A stretch of DNA of 30,356 nucleotides. Source: Chitinivibrionales bacterium. GTDB taxonomy: Bacteria > Fibrobacterota > Chitinivibrionia > Chitinivibrionales > WJKA01. The notes below the pieces were generated by a model. It was not told the origin of the DNA. It worked only from the letters and a program-made list of their open reading frames with translations, and made no database searches. The DNA lies in contig JBBRUX010000048.1 of NCBI GenBank assembly GCA_038247415.1, positions 1 through 30,356 of the forward strand, in the 5' to 3' direction. The stretch's first letter is position 1; the number at the start of each line of letters is the position of its first letter. Position numbers and translations under genes: made by a program. Positions 29,770-30,356 of this stretch are shown here, piece after piece.

Positions 29770-29854
29770 TTATAAAATCTGATTTCTGCATTCCGGGCAA
29801 ACCCAAGAATCTGGGAAGTCCTCGAATTTCGTTCCCGCTTAATCCATGATCAGG
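29770..29854 (-). pseudogene. Rubredoxin remnant (3' half, frameshifted)
   Basis: Reads PDHGL/[frameshift]AGTKFEDFPDSWVCPECRNQIL*, matching the intact rubredoxin at 27634-27792. Confidence 0.85.
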
Positions 29855-29888
29855 AAAAATAAGGTTAATTATTTCTATACTTATTCAA

Positions 29889-29904
29889 AGCAAATGTCGT
29901 GCCT
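29889..29904 (-). promoter_or_regulatory. sigma54 -24/-12 promoter motif upstream of the rubredoxin remnant and hemerythrin gene
   Basis: Minus strand AGGCACGACATTTGCT (GG-N10-GC). Confidence 0.7.
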
Positions 29905-29949
29905 TTGGCACGTCTCCTGATTTTTGTCAGGTCTTGGGATGGGTGGCAG

Positions 29950-30186
29950 TTATGATAGCAGTATGCGAACAGGTGCGTCCCGGCCCCATTGGGGCTTTTT
30001 CGCTCCAGTCATAAAACCAGCAATATCAGTGCTGTCAACAATAATCGCCTTGAGATGATTGAATGCGTCCTGCACGAATTTAACAACGGAAGATTTCCTG
30101 CTCAGTGTTATTGCACCCTCGTGAGATATGATAACGGCAATCGCATCAAACATGACGGAAGGCGAACTGGCAAAGTGCCCGTTAAC
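29950..30186 (-). pseudogene. katE: C-terminal remnant of a large-subunit catalase (HPII/KatE, DJ-1-like domain)
   Basis: VNGHFASSPSVMFDAIAVIISHEGA...FVQDAFNHLKAI...QWGRDAPVR resembles the KatE C-terminus as I recall it (G.LAG.PSV.FDA...FV.DAF.HLKAI...QW.RE..VR). Preceded by an in-frame TAA at 30187-30189. Confidence 0.75.
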
Positions 30187-30356
30187 TTAATGCGATGGTG
30201 AAGAGATCGCAATAACTGAGCCCAAAATCCTTCAAATGATAGGTATTTCCTTCTTCGCCGTTCGCACAGTTTTCGCTCACCGTCTTCTGCTAATCGAAGC
30301 CCACGATGCACTCTGACCGCGACGTATCCGCCTTGTCTGGTTTCAGCAGCGTCACC

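Overview
Bacterial accessory region with no rRNA, tRNA, CRISPR array or transposase. Most genes lie on the minus strand and relate to stress, osmotic or redox functions. Left to right: a REP-like ~82-bp tandem array; a CHASE3 histidine kinase, stand-alone PAS protein and cytidylate-kinase-like gene; a small lipoprotein; two triple-BON proteins; a divergent 8.6-kb cyclic beta-1,2-glucan synthase (ndvB/chvB/cgs); an AI-2E transporter; tal; clpB; phosphoketolase; a Thivi_2564-like membrane protein; two cupins; a multicopper oxidase; a rubredoxin missing from the ORF track; a DUF302 fragment; a BCP peroxiredoxin; a hemerythrin-like protein; and remnants of hemerythrin, rubredoxin and katE. The most notable signal is non-coding. 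Nine correctly spaced and oriented sigma54 (-24/-12) promoter motifs sit in front of the transcription units. Five of them have an upstream pair of TTCYC-N5/6-GRGAA palindromic boxes whose starts are exactly 21 bp apart. This suggests a sigma54 regulon run by one enhancer-binding protein that is not encoded in the window. A diverged ~475-bp duplication (offset 4453 bp) copied one enhancer-plus-promoter module together with part of the hemerythrin gene. Family assignments come from recognising motifs by eye; no database searches were run.
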